Assembly (NCBI GenBank): GCA_963822965.1 | Contig: CAWGJT010000009.1 | Span: forward strand, 192,001 to 256,000 | DNA length: 64,000 nucleotides | Reading direction: 5' to 3' | DNA from: an uncultured delta proteobacterium | Lineage (GTDB): Bacteria; Myxococcota_A; UBA9160; UBA4427 | In this document: positions 48,788 through 59,646 of the stretch, piece after piece | How the letters are laid out: each line of letters starts with the position of its first letter | How positions within the stretch are numbered: position 1 is the first letter of the stretch | Made by a program: the position numbers and the translations under genes | Notes under the pieces: model-generated | Seen by the model: the letters and a program-made list of their open reading frames with translations, nothing else | What the model was told of the DNA's origin: nothing | Databases searched by the model: none

Positions 48788-50194
48788 ATGTCGAAGCTCC
48801 TGGACAAACGGTGGCCGTGGGTGGTCGTCGCGATCGCGGCCATCGGGCTCTTCCTCTCGACGTTCCTGGAAGTCCACATCGGCGGGGATGACGACCCCCG
48901 TCCGATCGGCAGCGCCGAGGACATCGCCGCGCTCGCCCAACGCCAGGACACGAACGTGCTCTTCGTTCTGATCGACACCCTGCGAGCCGATCGCCTGAAG
49001 ACCTACGGCTACTCGCGCGACACCGACCCCCAGATCGACCGCCTGGCATCGAGCGGAGTCGTCTTCCGGCGTCACCTGGCGCAGTCGTCCTGGACCAAGT
49101 GCTCGATGGCCTCGCTGTGGACGGGCATGTACCCCGCGCGCAGCGGCATCACGCGCTTCGACGACATCATCCCGGAGGCGGCCCGGATGCCCGCCGAGAT
49201 CCTGAAGGACGCCGGCTTCCAGACCATCGGCATCTTTCGCAACGGCTGGGTGGCACCCACCTTCGGCTTCGAGCAGGGCTTCGACACCTACCTGAGACCG
49301 GCGCCGCGCCCGCTTCCCCCTTCGGTGCGGATGGAGAACCCCACCATCACGGCCAAGGGCACGGACGAGGACGCGGTGGCCGCCGCCATCGAGTTCCTGC
49401 GCGTGCGGGGAGACCAGCGATGGTTCCTGTACGTCCACCTGATGGACGTGCACGAGTACCTCTACGACGAGGAATCGGCGCTCTTCGGAGGCAGCTACTC
49501 GGACGTCTACGACAACGCCGTCCGCTGGACCGACGGCGCCCTGGGGGCGCTGCTCGAGTACCTGGCGGCGGAGGGATACACGAAGAACACGCTGGTGGTG
49601 ATCGCCGCCGACCACGGCGAAGCGTTCCGCGAGCGGGGTCTCGAAGGACACGCCCGGCAGGTCTACCGCGAGACGACCGAGATCCCCTTGATCCTCTCCT
49701 TCCCGTTCCGGCTCGAGCCCCGGGTCGACGTCACCGTCCGCACGCGCAACGTCGACGTCTGGCCGACGATCCTCGACCTGATCGGGATGGAGCCCATGGC
49801 CGATACCGACGGGCGATCCCTGGTGCCGGAGATCCTCGCGAGCGCGCGCGGCGAAGGGCCCGCCGAGGCCGAGCGAATGGGAATCTCGCACCTCGATCAG
49901 CACTGGGGCCAGCGCACCGAGGCGCCGCTGCCCACGGTGGCGGTGACCGAGGGATCGCTTCGCTACGTCCGCGTCGACGAGGCGGACCATCGCGTGGAGC
50001 AGCTCTTCGACGCGAGCGTCGACCCCGGCGAGCTGCACGACCGGTCTCGCGAGGACCCGGCGACCGTCGAACGCCTGCGAAAGGTCGCGGACGCCTACCT
50101 CGAGGAGCAGCCGACCTGGGGTGCCGTCCCGAAGCGCGAGGTCGGCGAGATGGAGCTGAATCAGCTGCGCGCCCTGGGCTACGCGATTCCCTGA
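48788..50194 (+). CDS. Membrane-anchored sulfatase-fold hydrolase/transferase (cluster B)
   Basis: KRWPW plus TM helix; IDTLRADRL, SSWTKCSMASLWTG, ADHGE, LRALGY. Confidence 0.9.
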   Translation: MSKLLDKRWPWVVVAIAAIGLFLSTFLEVHIGGDDDPRPIGSAEDIAALAQRQDTNVLFVLIDTLRADRLKTYGYSRDTDPQIDRLASSGVVFRRHLAQSSWTKCSMASLWTGMYPARSGITRFDDIIPEAARMPAEILKDAGFQTIGIFRNGWVAPTFGFEQGFDTYLRPAPRPLPPSVRMENPTITAKGTDEDAVAAAIEFLRVRGDQRWFLYVHLMDVHEYLYDEESALFGGSYSDVYDNAVRWTDGALGALLEYLAAEGYTKNTLVVIAADHGEAFRERGLEGHARQVYRETTEIPLILSFPFRLEPRVDVTVRTRNVDVWPTILDLIGMEPMADTDGRSLVPEILASARGEGPAEAERMGISHLDQHWGQRTEAPLPTVAVTEGSLRYVRVDEADHRVEQLFDASVDPGELHDRSREDPATVERLRKVADAYLEEQPTWGAVPKREVGEMELNQLRALGYAIP

Positions 50195-50212
50195 AGCGGC
50201 GCGGTCTCGAGC

Positions 50213-52947
50213 TCAGAAATCGATCGTGAGCGTCACGCCGTAGGTGCGCGGATCGCCGACGAAGGCGATCACGATCTTCTGGAAGGTCGAGCCGTCGAAC
50301 GCGAAGGTCTTGTAGGGCTCGTTGGTCAGGTTGCGGACCCAGCCCGCCAGCTCGATGCGCGCGTCCGGGGTGCGGTAGGCGAGCCGCAGGTTGTGCAGCC
50401 AGAAGGCCTTCTGGCCGATGGTGTTGCCGGGCATGAAATCGACGTCCTGGGCGTTGGGGAGGCCCCGGCCCTGGCTCGCGTCGTAGAAGGTGTCGTCCGT
50501 CCAGGCCCCGTCGTAGCGACCCGTGATCGTGCCGTATCGGCCGATCGGCACCGTCTGCTCGGCGGTGATGCTGAACTTGAACTCGGGAGAGTTCAGGGTG
50601 TTGTGCCCGGAGTTGTCGACCTCCCGACTCACGGTGAAGGACGAGTTGCCGACCTGCTTCTGGGTGAGCTGGATCTGCGTGAAGTCGAGGAAGCGGCTGT
50701 CCAGCCAGCTGAAGCGGAGCCTGCAGGAACGCGCCCGTACCACGGCCGGCCGACCAGGTCGATCTCCGAGCCGTACACCCGGGCGTCGTTGGCGTTGAGG
50801 ACCACGAACTCGGGGCCCTGGATCGACTGCTGGACGGTGAAGATCTGGTAGTCCTTGTAGTCGTAGTAGAAGAGCGATCCGTCGAGTCCCAGACGGCCGT
50901 TGAACCAGCTCCCGCGCAGGCCCATCTCCCAGGCGTCGATCTGCTCGGGCTTGGCGTCGGTGACGCCCTCGAAGAGCGAGCTGGTGGCGTTGAAGTGGCC
51001 GCCCTTCCAGCCGTGCGTGTACTTCCAGTAGGCGTGGGTGTCCTCGCGGAAGCGATAGGTCAGCCGGATCGTGCCCGTCGGCGCCTGCCAGGCCTTGCTG
51101 GGCTTGTCGGTGACGAAGACTACCGTTGCGATCGAGACGGTAGTCCATCGTCTTCTGTTCCCAGTTGTAGCGGGCACCGCCGTCCAGGGTGAAGTCGTCC
51201 CAGAAGTCCCAGGTCGAAGCTTCACGTAGCCGGCCCAGCTGTAGATGTTCTGGGTGTACTCCCGCCCTGCCACGTTGACGCTGACTCGCGTCGCCAAAAT
51301 CGTTCCTGATCTTGACGTCGAGCTTCTCGAGCAGCGTGAAGCCGCCGACTTCCCAGTCGACCGGCTGGATCCGCGGTGTCCCGGAAGACCTGCCCCGAGA
51401 GGCCGAGGCTCTGGGCGAACTGCTGGCCCTTGTCGTCCGTCTTGATCTCGAAGAGCACGTTGGGCCCGAAGTCGAGGTCGACGTCGATGGTTCGGTCGTA
51501 GGCGTCGTAGCCCGAGACGGACGTGAGGGTGAGGTCGCCCGGCAGCACCGTGTCGCCCTTGACGACCACGCCGTAGGTGTCGTTCGTGGTCTGACCCACC
51601 CGGTCGTAGTCGCCGCGCCAGGGCCGCTTGTCGAGCCCCGTGGCGATCGCCTTGGCGACCGCCCGCTTGGTGTTGTTGGTCGCGATGCGGCCCTGCGTTG
51701 GTGGTGCACGACGGCTCGCAGAACGCGCGCTCCTTGGCCAGGCGCTCGTCGAACATCTCCTGGACGTCGGGCTCGATGTAGCCGCCGCCGTCCGCTTGTC
51801 CGAGCGAGCCGGAGATGCGGCCCGGCGGCGTCGGCGGGCGGCGGGAAGCAGGCGGTGATGGGCTGGGTGGGATCGCAGTAGAAGCCGCTGGTTCCGGCGG
51901 ACTGACCGAGCCGGGAGTTCTCGTCGCGCCGCTGGCCGTGGGCGCTCACCAGGATCTCGGTGTCGAGGTTCGGCTCGATCAGGAAGGTCCCCCGGGCCGC
52001 CCAGTTGCCCTGGTCGTTCACGTCCCTGGGGAGACCCACGGGAATGGTGGAGCGGCCGTCGGAGATGGTCCTGTCGGGGTTGCGTCTGACCGACCCGGAG
52101 GACGTCCTCACCGCAGATCGACCAGCGGGGGTCCGTGGGCGGCGAGTTGGGAACCTGGGGCGGCGGACGCACGCCGCGCTCGGTCGAAGGGCGGCGCGCC
52201 GCCGCAGCCGTTCTTCGCGAAGCCGTCGCGCTGCGTCAGACGGAACGCGAAGCGCGAGCCGACGATGTCCTCGACGATCGGCGCTTCCACCGCCCCTTCG
52301 ACGTCGATCGCGTTGAAGCGCCCGTACGAGGACCTCATGTAGGCGCCGTAGTTGCCCGACGGCTTGCGCGTGTAGAGCTTGATCGCACCCGCCGAGGCGT
52401 TCCGCGCCGGCCCGGTGCCCTGGGGGCCGCGCTGGACGTTCACCGCTCCATGTCGAAGAGCGTTCCGAGCTGCAGGGCGGGCGAGTTGATGGGGACATCG
52501 TCCTGGTAGATCGCGACCGCGCCCGAGGAGTTGGAGTTGAAGTCGTTGAGGCCCGACGCCGCGGATGAAGAAGGTGGGGGAGGTCTGCCCGGCGGTGACG
52601 ATCTCGAGGTTCGGGGTGAACTTTGCGATGTCGGCCACGTTGAAGGCGCCGGCCGCCTCGAGATCCGCGGCGTTGAAGCCGGTGACGGAATCGCTCGAAG
52701 AGAAGTCGGCAACCGCGTCCGACTCCCCGGCCAGCACCACGCGCTCCTCGATGCCCGAGCTCGGCTGGCCCGAGCTCTCCTCGGGCGACGCTTGATCGGG
52801 CGCTTCCTGGGAGGCGACAGGAGCCTGCTCCTGGCTCCCACCGGAGCCGGCGGCCTGCGCGCTTGCGAGATTGGGCTCTAGGGTCGAAGCCGCCAGGAGG
52901 AGCCCGATCAGGACTCGTCCCCGGCGCTGGATGGGGGTTCCCTTCAC
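50213..52947 (-). CDS. TonB-dependent receptor (cluster B), multiply frameshifted
   Basis: GAGGAG RBS before GTG; signal ..ASA/Q; TPNLEI..PTFFIRGVG; NVQRGPQGT; GWKGGHFN; ends WVRNLTN...DPRTYGVTLTIDF. Confidence 0.9.
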
Positions 52948-53038
52948 CTTCTCCTCGTAGCGCGCCGGGCGCCGTTCAGCGATTTCCTGAGACTTGCGTG
53001 TGCCATTCGGCGACACGATGCGATAATCCTAAGCGTCC

Positions 53039-54133
53039 ATGCATACCCCGGTCAATGGAGTTGCGACGAGGAAGGCCCCGGCCCGGACGGCTTTGTCCGC
53101 TTGGGCTCCTCCGTATTGGTCCCTTCTGGGCCGGCTGGCCGCGCTCGTCCTGCTTGTCTCCCTGCTGTCGACTCCTGCGACCGCCGAAGGCCCCCCGGCC
53201 GGCCCTTCCGAGGCGCCGGCCGGGGCTCCCACCGAGAAGCAGATCGAAGACCAGTGGCTACCGGCGTTCGCAATCGCCTCCGGCATCACGTTCCAGCGTC
53301 AGCAGGCCAGCGTGCAGAGCCGCGACGTGACCAACGACACGGAGCTGCGCCCCTACGACGACGGCCGCGACTGGGAGATCAGCCCCTACCTCGGCATCAG
53401 CCTCGAGCTGGCGAGCCCGGTGGTGCGATCGATCCCCGGAGGCCCGCGTTTCTTCGTGAACGCGGAGCTGCTGCCCACCTTCGGCGCCGCACTCGACCTC
53501 GCGAAGGAGGGCGACCCCAAGGGCTTCCTCCTGCCGGAGACGGAGCCCGTGCCGCCCTCCATGCAGTGTCCCTTCGGCATCAACTGCTTCGACCAGAACT
53601 CCATCGCAGGGGTCGGCAGCCGCACCACCGCGCAGGTGCAACCGCTCGTGTTCGCGTCACATGCGGGTGTCTCCATTCCCTTCGAGCTGTACGGCCGACG
53701 GCTCTACGTCAAGCCTTCCTTCGGTTGGATCCGCTACACGATGAAGGTGGATGGACGCGTGCTCTCGGCCCTGAAGCCCTCCCTGCAGCCGGGCGACATC
53801 CAGGTGCCCGACATCCGCTTCATCACCCTCGAGAACGAGGAGAAGCAGTCGTTCGACGCCATCGGACCCGGCCTCGAGCTCGAGCTCGACGTGGGTCGCT
53901 TCGGCCCCCTCGCCCCTTCGCTCTACATCGAAGGCCACGGCTATCGCCTCCTCGGCGACCGGACGATGAAGTTCTCCGACTCTTCGGGTCTGCTGCAGTG
54001 CGGGCCGGGGTCCTCGTTCGCCTGCCCCGTGGTGCTTCCGCCGGCCGAATACGACGCCCGCTGGTCGTTCAAGGCGGATCCCTGGATCTACCGGGGCGGC
54101 ATCGGGATGCGCTTCCGGTGGATCGGCTACTAG
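53039..54133 (+). CDS. Putative outer-membrane beta-barrel protein (cluster B)
   Basis: Signal ..PATA/E; amphipathic beta strands; two Cys-pair loops; C-terminal YRGGIGMRFRWIGY. Start uncertain. Confidence 0.75.
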   Translation: MHTPVNGVATRKAPARTALSAWAPPYWSLLGRLAALVLLVSLLSTPATAEGPPAGPSEAPAGAPTEKQIEDQWLPAFAIASGITFQRQQASVQSRDVTNDTELRPYDDGRDWEISPYLGISLELASPVVRSIPGGPRFFVNAELLPTFGAALDLAKEGDPKGFLLPETEPVPPSMQCPFGINCFDQNSIAGVGSRTTAQVQPLVFASHAGVSIPFELYGRRLYVKPSFGWIRYTMKVDGRVLSALKPSLQPGDIQVPDIRFITLENEEKQSFDAIGPGLELELDVGRFGPLAPSLYIEGHGYRLLGDRTMKFSDSSGLLQCGPGSSFACPVVLPPAEYDARWSFKADPWIYRGGIGMRFRWIGY

Positions 54134-54339
54134 TGTCCTGTGCCAGAAGTTCGCTGTCGAAGTCGGCGCCCCTTCGATCTGTGTCCCGCCGCGGGAGCTC
54201 GGCGTCGGCGCCGATGGGCGGGAGGCCCCGCTCTTCGCGCCCCGCCGACGCGACCCGGACCTGATCCATCCCCGCCCGAGCCTCCTCACGACTGGCGGCG
54301 CTCCTCGCGCACCTGGCGTCCCTCGCCGTACTCGCGCTG

Positions 54340-56451
54340 GTGCTCGTGTCCGCCGGCCAGCCGCTCTTCACCGAGGACACCTGGTGGCACCTGTCCATGG
54401 GCGAGCGCTATGCCGCCGAGGGGCCGTGGCTCTCGGCCGACCCCCTCCTTCACACGGCGACCGGCCCACCCGCACCGGCGGCCTGGCTCACGGCACTCGG
54501 CTTGCACGGCGTCGAGAGGCTGGCGGGCATCCAGGGCCTTCGCTGCCTGCACGCACTGCTCGTGCTCGGCATCCTGCTGCTGGCGTGGCGCGCGCTGCGG
54601 CGCGCGAGCGGATCGACCGCCTTCGCGAGCCTCGCGACGGCTGCCTTCGCGGCCCTCTCGGCCTACCGGCTCTTCCAGCTCCGGCCCCACCTCTTCACGA
54701 TCGGCGGGGCGTTGCTGCTCGTCTGGCTGCTGGTGGGCACCGGGCGCGTGCCCTCCTGGCGGCGCGTCGCCGCCGCGGTCCTGGGGATGCTCCTGTGGGC
54801 GAACCTGCACGGCGCCTTCGTGCTCGGCCCGATCCTGCTGGCAGCCGGCGTCGCGGGTCTCGCCCTCGCGGCGCTCCTCGAGCCGGGGCGGCGGCCGCTG
54901 CACCTGGCGCGCGCGAAACGCATCGCCATCGCCCTGGTCCTGGGCCTGGTGGCCACCCTCGCGAACCCGCAGGGCATGGGGCCGCACCGCCTCTACTTCG
55001 CCGCCGGTACGGACACACCGGCACTCGAGGTCGTTCGGGACGAGTGGCTGGCGGTTCCGCTCTTCTCGCTGCCGACCCCCAACCTGCCGCCGAGCCCGCT
55101 CTCCTGGGCGCTGGTCTGGGCGCTGCTCGTGCTGGTCCCGGCGGCCGTCGTGCTGACCCTGCGCGCGCAGCGCCGGAAGGCCTCGACGGCTTCGTCCCCG
55201 GCGCCGACCCTCGATCCGGCCCTGGTGGCGATCGCCGCGGTGTCGCTCGTCGGGGCGCTGTCGGCGGTGCGCCTGCTCTGGATGGAGATCTTTCCGCTGA
55301 TGGTGCTGGGGCAGTGCCTCCAGCCCCGGCTCACGGGAGCGCCGGGGGACGCCACGGGGACGACGAAGCCGCGGACCGGCGCCGCCTGGACGCTCGCGGC
55401 CGTCGCACTGCTGCTGCTTCCCGGCTTCGTGGCGCTCGGGGACTGGCCGATGATCTCCCGCGCCGTCCGTGCCGGCTGGTACGCCCGCCCGTACCCGACG
55501 ACGAAGTACGACGCCTTCGCGGTGTGGTTCCTCCGGGACGCGGGACTCACGGGGCGCCTCTTCAACGACTACACGAGCGGAAACTTCCTCGGCTACTGGC
55601 TCGCCCCCGGCCTGCGCGTATTCGTGAACGGCTCCCTGAACGTGCCGAAGGAGGTGCTCGACGCCCACGGGGCCATCCTGCGCCGCGAGGGTCTCCGGCC
55701 CGGTGAGAGCTTCGAGCAGCTGCTCGATCGCTACGGGATCGACGTCTTCTTCGGCACCGGGCTGCCCCAGCTCTCGCTTCCGGGACGGCCGCTCTTCAGC
55801 ACCACTGCATATCTCGAGGGACGCGACGGCTGGATCCTCGTGTTCCGGAACGTCCGCAGCGCGGTCTACCTCCGAGACGACGAGCGCAATCGGCCGAACC
55901 TCGAGAGAGTTGCCGACTACTACGCGCGCGAGGGAGTTCCCTTCGACGCGAAGCGCGGTCTCGACCCCGCGCGCGTGATCCGCGAGGACCCCGAGTGGGC
56001 GGTGCTCCACGGCGTGGTGCCCCGCGACTTCCGCTCGGTCCAGAATGCCGCCCACTCGTTCGACCCGACGCGACGCGGACCGGCGCAGGAACGCCTGGCC
56101 GCGCTCTACGCGGCGCTCGGGCTCTACGATTCGTCCATCGCGGAGGACCGCAGACTGCTGTCCTCCAACCCCGCCTCGCTCACGGCGGCCCGGCGGCTCG
56201 TCTGGTCGCTGTTGCGGCTACACCGCTACGCCGAAGCCGCGCGGGCCGCAGCGGGACAGACGAAGCTGGCGGCCGCCGACGACCCACTGTCAAGGTTGAT
56301 CGCGACCACGGCGCAGGAGGCGGCCGGGCTCGCCGAGGCCGGCCGGGGGGAGGAGGCGGCCACCCGGGTCGCCCGCCTGCCGGTCTTCACCCTGCCGCAG
56401 GCGCAGTACCTGCTCGCCGGCTACCACGAGGCGGAGCCGCGGGTCCGATGA
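54340..56451 (+). CDS. Polytopic membrane protein with D-x-W-W-H-L motif (GT-C-like), cluster B
   Basis: TEDTWWHLSMG, LRPHL, WANLHGAF, ANPQG, RDEW, LFNDYTSGNFLGYWLAP..FVNGSLN. The true start is probably a little upstream. Confidence 0.82.
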   Translation: MLVSAGQPLFTEDTWWHLSMGERYAAEGPWLSADPLLHTATGPPAPAAWLTALGLHGVERLAGIQGLRCLHALLVLGILLLAWRALRRASGSTAFASLATAAFAALSAYRLFQLRPHLFTIGGALLLVWLLVGTGRVPSWRRVAAAVLGMLLWANLHGAFVLGPILLAAGVAGLALAALLEPGRRPLHLARAKRIAIALVLGLVATLANPQGMGPHRLYFAAGTDTPALEVVRDEWLAVPLFSLPTPNLPPSPLSWALVWALLVLVPAAVVLTLRAQRRKASTASSPAPTLDPALVAIAAVSLVGALSAVRLLWMEIFPLMVLGQCLQPRLTGAPGDATGTTKPRTGAAWTLAAVALLLLPGFVALGDWPMISRAVRAGWYARPYPTTKYDAFAVWFLRDAGLTGRLFNDYTSGNFLGYWLAPGLRVFVNGSLNVPKEVLDAHGAILRREGLRPGESFEQLLDRYGIDVFFGTGLPQLSLPGRPLFSTTAYLEGRDGWILVFRNVRSAVYLRDDERNRPNLERVADYYAREGVPFDAKRGLDPARVIREDPEWAVLHGVVPRDFRSVQNAAHSFDPTRRGPAQERLAALYAALGLYDSSIAEDRRLLSSNPASLTAARRLVWSLLRLHRYAEAARAAAGQTKLAAADDPLSRLIATTAQEAAGLAEAGRGEEAATRVARLPVFTLPQAQYLLAGYHEAEPRVR

Positions 56452-56684
56452 CCGGAAAGGGCCCCCGGCCGCGCGGTGCAGCCGGCCGGGCGATGGGTGA
56501 TACTCGGCTGGCTGGAAATTCCGGCTGATGCGATAGTCGCTTGTGGCATGATCGCAAGCGCATCGTGGTCGGCACCACGTTGATGCGCGCCATCTCGATC
56601 GTCACCGTCGTCGTCAGCTGACGTCCGGACCGGCTGGTTCGGGGCAGGGATCGTCGATTCGGTCCAGGAGGGTCTACGAGTCGC

Positions 56685-57509
56685 ATGGAACGGAACAGGC
56701 ACGCGGCCGCGGCCATCGTCGTCGCGGTCGCTTTCGCAATCTTCGGCGGAGCGGTCGCATTCGCACAGGACGAGGAGGAGCCGACCACTCCGCCGCCGCC
56801 GGGCCCCCTCGGCGAGCTGGTCTCGGCCCGCTCCGAAGGCAACGATCTGGCCGCGCAGGTCCAGAAGCAGATCGAGGACATCAGCGACGAGACGAGCGCG
56901 CTCCTCGCCCAGTACCGGACCGCGCTGAAGCAGATCGACGCCATCGATCTCTACAACGAGCAGATGAAGAACCTGATCTCCTCCCAGGAGGGGGAGCTCA
57001 CTTCGATCAGCGACCAGCTCGACCGCGTCGAGCAGGTCGGCCGCAGCGTGACACCGCTGATGATGCGCATGATCGACGCGCTCGAGAAGTTCGTCGCGCT
57101 GGACGTCCCGTTCCTGATCGACGAGCGCACGGAGCGGGTGGCGCACCTGCGCGAGATGATGAGCCGCGCCAACGTGTCCACCGCGGGCAAGTTCCGCCAG
57201 ATCATGGAGGCGTACCAGATCGAGAACGAGTACGGCCGCACCATCGAGGCCTACCGCGCCAACCTCGAGCTCGACGGGCGCGAGACCCAGGTCGACTTCC
57301 TGCGCTTTGGACGGATCGCGCTCGTCTACCAGTCGCTCGACGAGACGAAGTCCGGGGTCTGGAGCCAGAAGTCGCGGAGCTGGGTGCCCCTGGACTCCAG
57401 CCACCGTTCGGCCATTCGCGAGGGTCTGCGGATCGCGCGCAAGCAGTCGGCGCCGGACCTGGTCCGGCTGCCCCTTCCCGCGCCGACGACGGCGCAGGAG
57501 TCGAGCTGA
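56685..57509 (+). CDS. DUF3450 family (TtpB-like) periplasmic protein
   Basis: Signal ..AFA/Q; LDVPFLIDERTERV, EAYQIENEYGRTIEAY, VDFLRFGRIALVYQ. Confidence 0.9.
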   Translation: MERNRHAAAAIVVAVAFAIFGGAVAFAQDEEEPTTPPPPGPLGELVSARSEGNDLAAQVQKQIEDISDETSALLAQYRTALKQIDAIDLYNEQMKNLISSQEGELTSISDQLDRVEQVGRSVTPLMMRMIDALEKFVALDVPFLIDERTERVAHLREMMSRANVSTAGKFRQIMEAYQIENEYGRTIEAYRANLELDGRETQVDFLRFGRIALVYQSLDETKSGVWSQKSRSWVPLDSSHRSAIREGLRIARKQSAPDLVRLPLPAPTTAQESS

Positions 57510-59052
57510 TGAAGCGGCACAGGACGACGACCCCTCCCTGCTTTTCTCTCGGCCTCGGTCGCGTCGATTTTTCTTCGGCCTCGGTCGCGTCGACTTCTTC
57601 GGCCTCGGTCGCGTCGATTTCTTCGGCCTCGGCGTGGCTCTGCTCGCCGGTCTCGTGGGTGCAGGCCTGCTGGCGGCGCCGGCCCGGGCCCAGGACGCCG
57701 CCGGCCAACCCGGCGCGGATGCCGCACCGAAGAGCCAACCGCCGAAGACCGCCGTGGCGGAGGCCGAGCCCTCGAACCTGTTCGAGCTGCTCGACCTGGT
57801 GCAGCGCGGCCTCGAGGTCGAGAGGGACGAGAACCTCCGCCGGGTCCAGGAGTTCCTGAACGAGAAGGAGCAGCAGACGAAGCTCCTGGCCGACGCCAAA
57901 GCGACCCTCGCCCACAAGGAAGAGACGAGCCAGCACCTCGAGGAGACCTACAACGGCAACGAGCGCGCCATCGCCGAGAATCAGGAACGACTCACCCAGC
58001 GGCTGGGCGAGCTGGGCGAGCTCTTCGGCGTGGTGCGCCAGGTGGCGAACGAGGCCAGCGGCCAGGTGTGGGACTCGCTCATCAGCTCGCAGCTGGGCCC
58101 GCGCAAGGAGACCCTCGACAAGCTCGGCCGCAGCAACGAGCTGCCCACCACGGACGACCTGGAGAAGCTCTGGTACGAGCTGCAGCGGGAGATGACCGAA
58201 CAGGGCCAGGTGGTTCGCTACCCCGCCCAGGTGCTCACCGACGAGGGCCTCGTGGAGACGCGCGAGGTCGTCCGGGCCGGCGTGTTCAGCGCCGTGTCGA
58301 ACGGACGCTACCTGCTGTGGCAGCCCAAGGAGGGGAAGCTCGCCGAGCTGACCCGCCAGCCACCCTCCCGCTACCTGGACACCGTCGAGTCCTTCGAGAA
58401 CCTGAAGCAGGGCTACGGGGTGCTCGCCGTCGATCCCTCCCGCGGTCAGCTGCTGAGCGCCCTGACGGACACGCCGAGCTTCAAGGAGCGCATCAACCAG
58501 GGCGGCTACGTGGGCTACACGATCATCTTCCTGGGCATCCTGGCCCTGGTGCTGGGCTCCTTCCGCTGGATCGCCGTGACCATCACCAGCCGTCGCGTAT
58601 CGACCCAGCAGCGCAGCGACGGCATCGACGCCCGCAACCCGCTCGGCCGGGTGCTCCAGGTCTTCGAGGACAATCGCCTCGCGACTGCGGAGACGCTCGA
58701 GCTCAAGCTGGACGAGGCGGTCATGCGGGAGACGTCGAAGCTGCAGCGGTTCATGTGGGTGGTGAAGACCGTCTCGGTGGTCGCCCCGCTGCTCGGACTG
58801 CTCGGTACCGTCACCGGTATGATCAAGACCTTCCAGGCGATCACGCTCTTCGGCGCCGGCGATCCGAAGATGATGGCGGGCGGCATCTCGGAAGCCCTCG
58901 TCACCACGATGCTGGGGCTGATGACCGCGATCCCGCTGGTGCTGCTCTACGACACGCTCGCGAACACCGCTCGGCGCGTCATCGACATCCTGGACGAGCA
59001 GAGCGCAGGCCTCATCGCGACCCGCGCCGAGAGGGACAGTGCCGCAGATTGA
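57509..59052 (+). CDS. TtpC-like protein (cluster B); 2-nt frameshift in a 5' tandem repeat
   Basis: TGATG-coupled ATG at 57509; GELFGVVRQ; APLLGLLGTVTGMIKTFQAITLFGAGDPKMMAGGISEAL. Confidence 0.88.
57551..57633 (+). repeat. 24-bp tandem repeat (GGCCTCGGTCGCGTCGAYTTCTTC) x3.4 encoding GLGRVDFF
   Basis: Units at 57551-57576 (26 nt, two extra T), 57577-57600, 57601-57624, and a partial unit to 57633. Confidence 0.9.
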
Positions 59053-59566
59053 AGCCATCCTGGCGGTCCGCGATTTCATCGAGCGCGGCGGCGACGTCCT
59101 GCTGGCCATCGCCTTCGCGACGGCGATCATGTGGGCGTTGATCTACGAGCGCGTCTGGTACTACGTGACGACCCACCGCAAGGAGGCGATGCGCGTCCGC
59201 GAGGTGTGGCAGGCGCGAAGGGATCATTCCTCCTGGGGCGCCCACCAGATCCGCCGCATGCTGATCTCCGAGGTGAGGCTGCGCCTGCAGCAGCGGCTCT
59301 GGCCCATCGAGACGCTCGTGAAGCTCGCCCCCATGCTCGGGCTGCTCGGCACCGTGACGGGGATGATCGAGGTATTCGACGTCATGGCGGTCAACGGCAG
59401 CGGCAACGCGCGGGGCATGGCGGCCGGCGTCTCGAAGGCCACGTTGCCCACGATGGCGGGCATGGTGGCAGCCATCACGGGAATGCTGTTCATCATCCAG
59501 CTCAAACGGTTCGCACAGGACGAGTCGGAGCGCGTGGCGGACAGTCTGGAGATGGATCAGGAGTAG
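59039..59566 (+). CDS. exbB: MotA/TolQ/ExbB proton channel (ExbB2-type)
   Basis: APMLGLLGTVTGMIEVF, MAAGVSKATLPTMAGMVAA. Confidence 0.9.
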   Translation: MPQIEAILAVRDFIERGGDVLLAIAFATAIMWALIYERVWYYVTTHRKEAMRVREVWQARRDHSSWGAHQIRRMLISEVRLRLQQRLWPIETLVKLAPMLGLLGTVTGMIEVFDVMAVNGSGNARGMAAGVSKATLPTMAGMVAAITGMLFIIQLKRFAQDESERVADSLEMDQE

Positions 59567-59646
59567 GCGGGTTCCATGCGCGGAAGAAGTTCTGACGCCG
59601 GCCTCCTGCTCGCGCTCGCATCGCCGATCGCAACGGGGTGGCTCGA

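Noticed and set aside
57551..57633. CRISPR-like repeats
   Set aside because: Units are directly adjacent with no spacers, lie in a coding region, and no cas genes are present.
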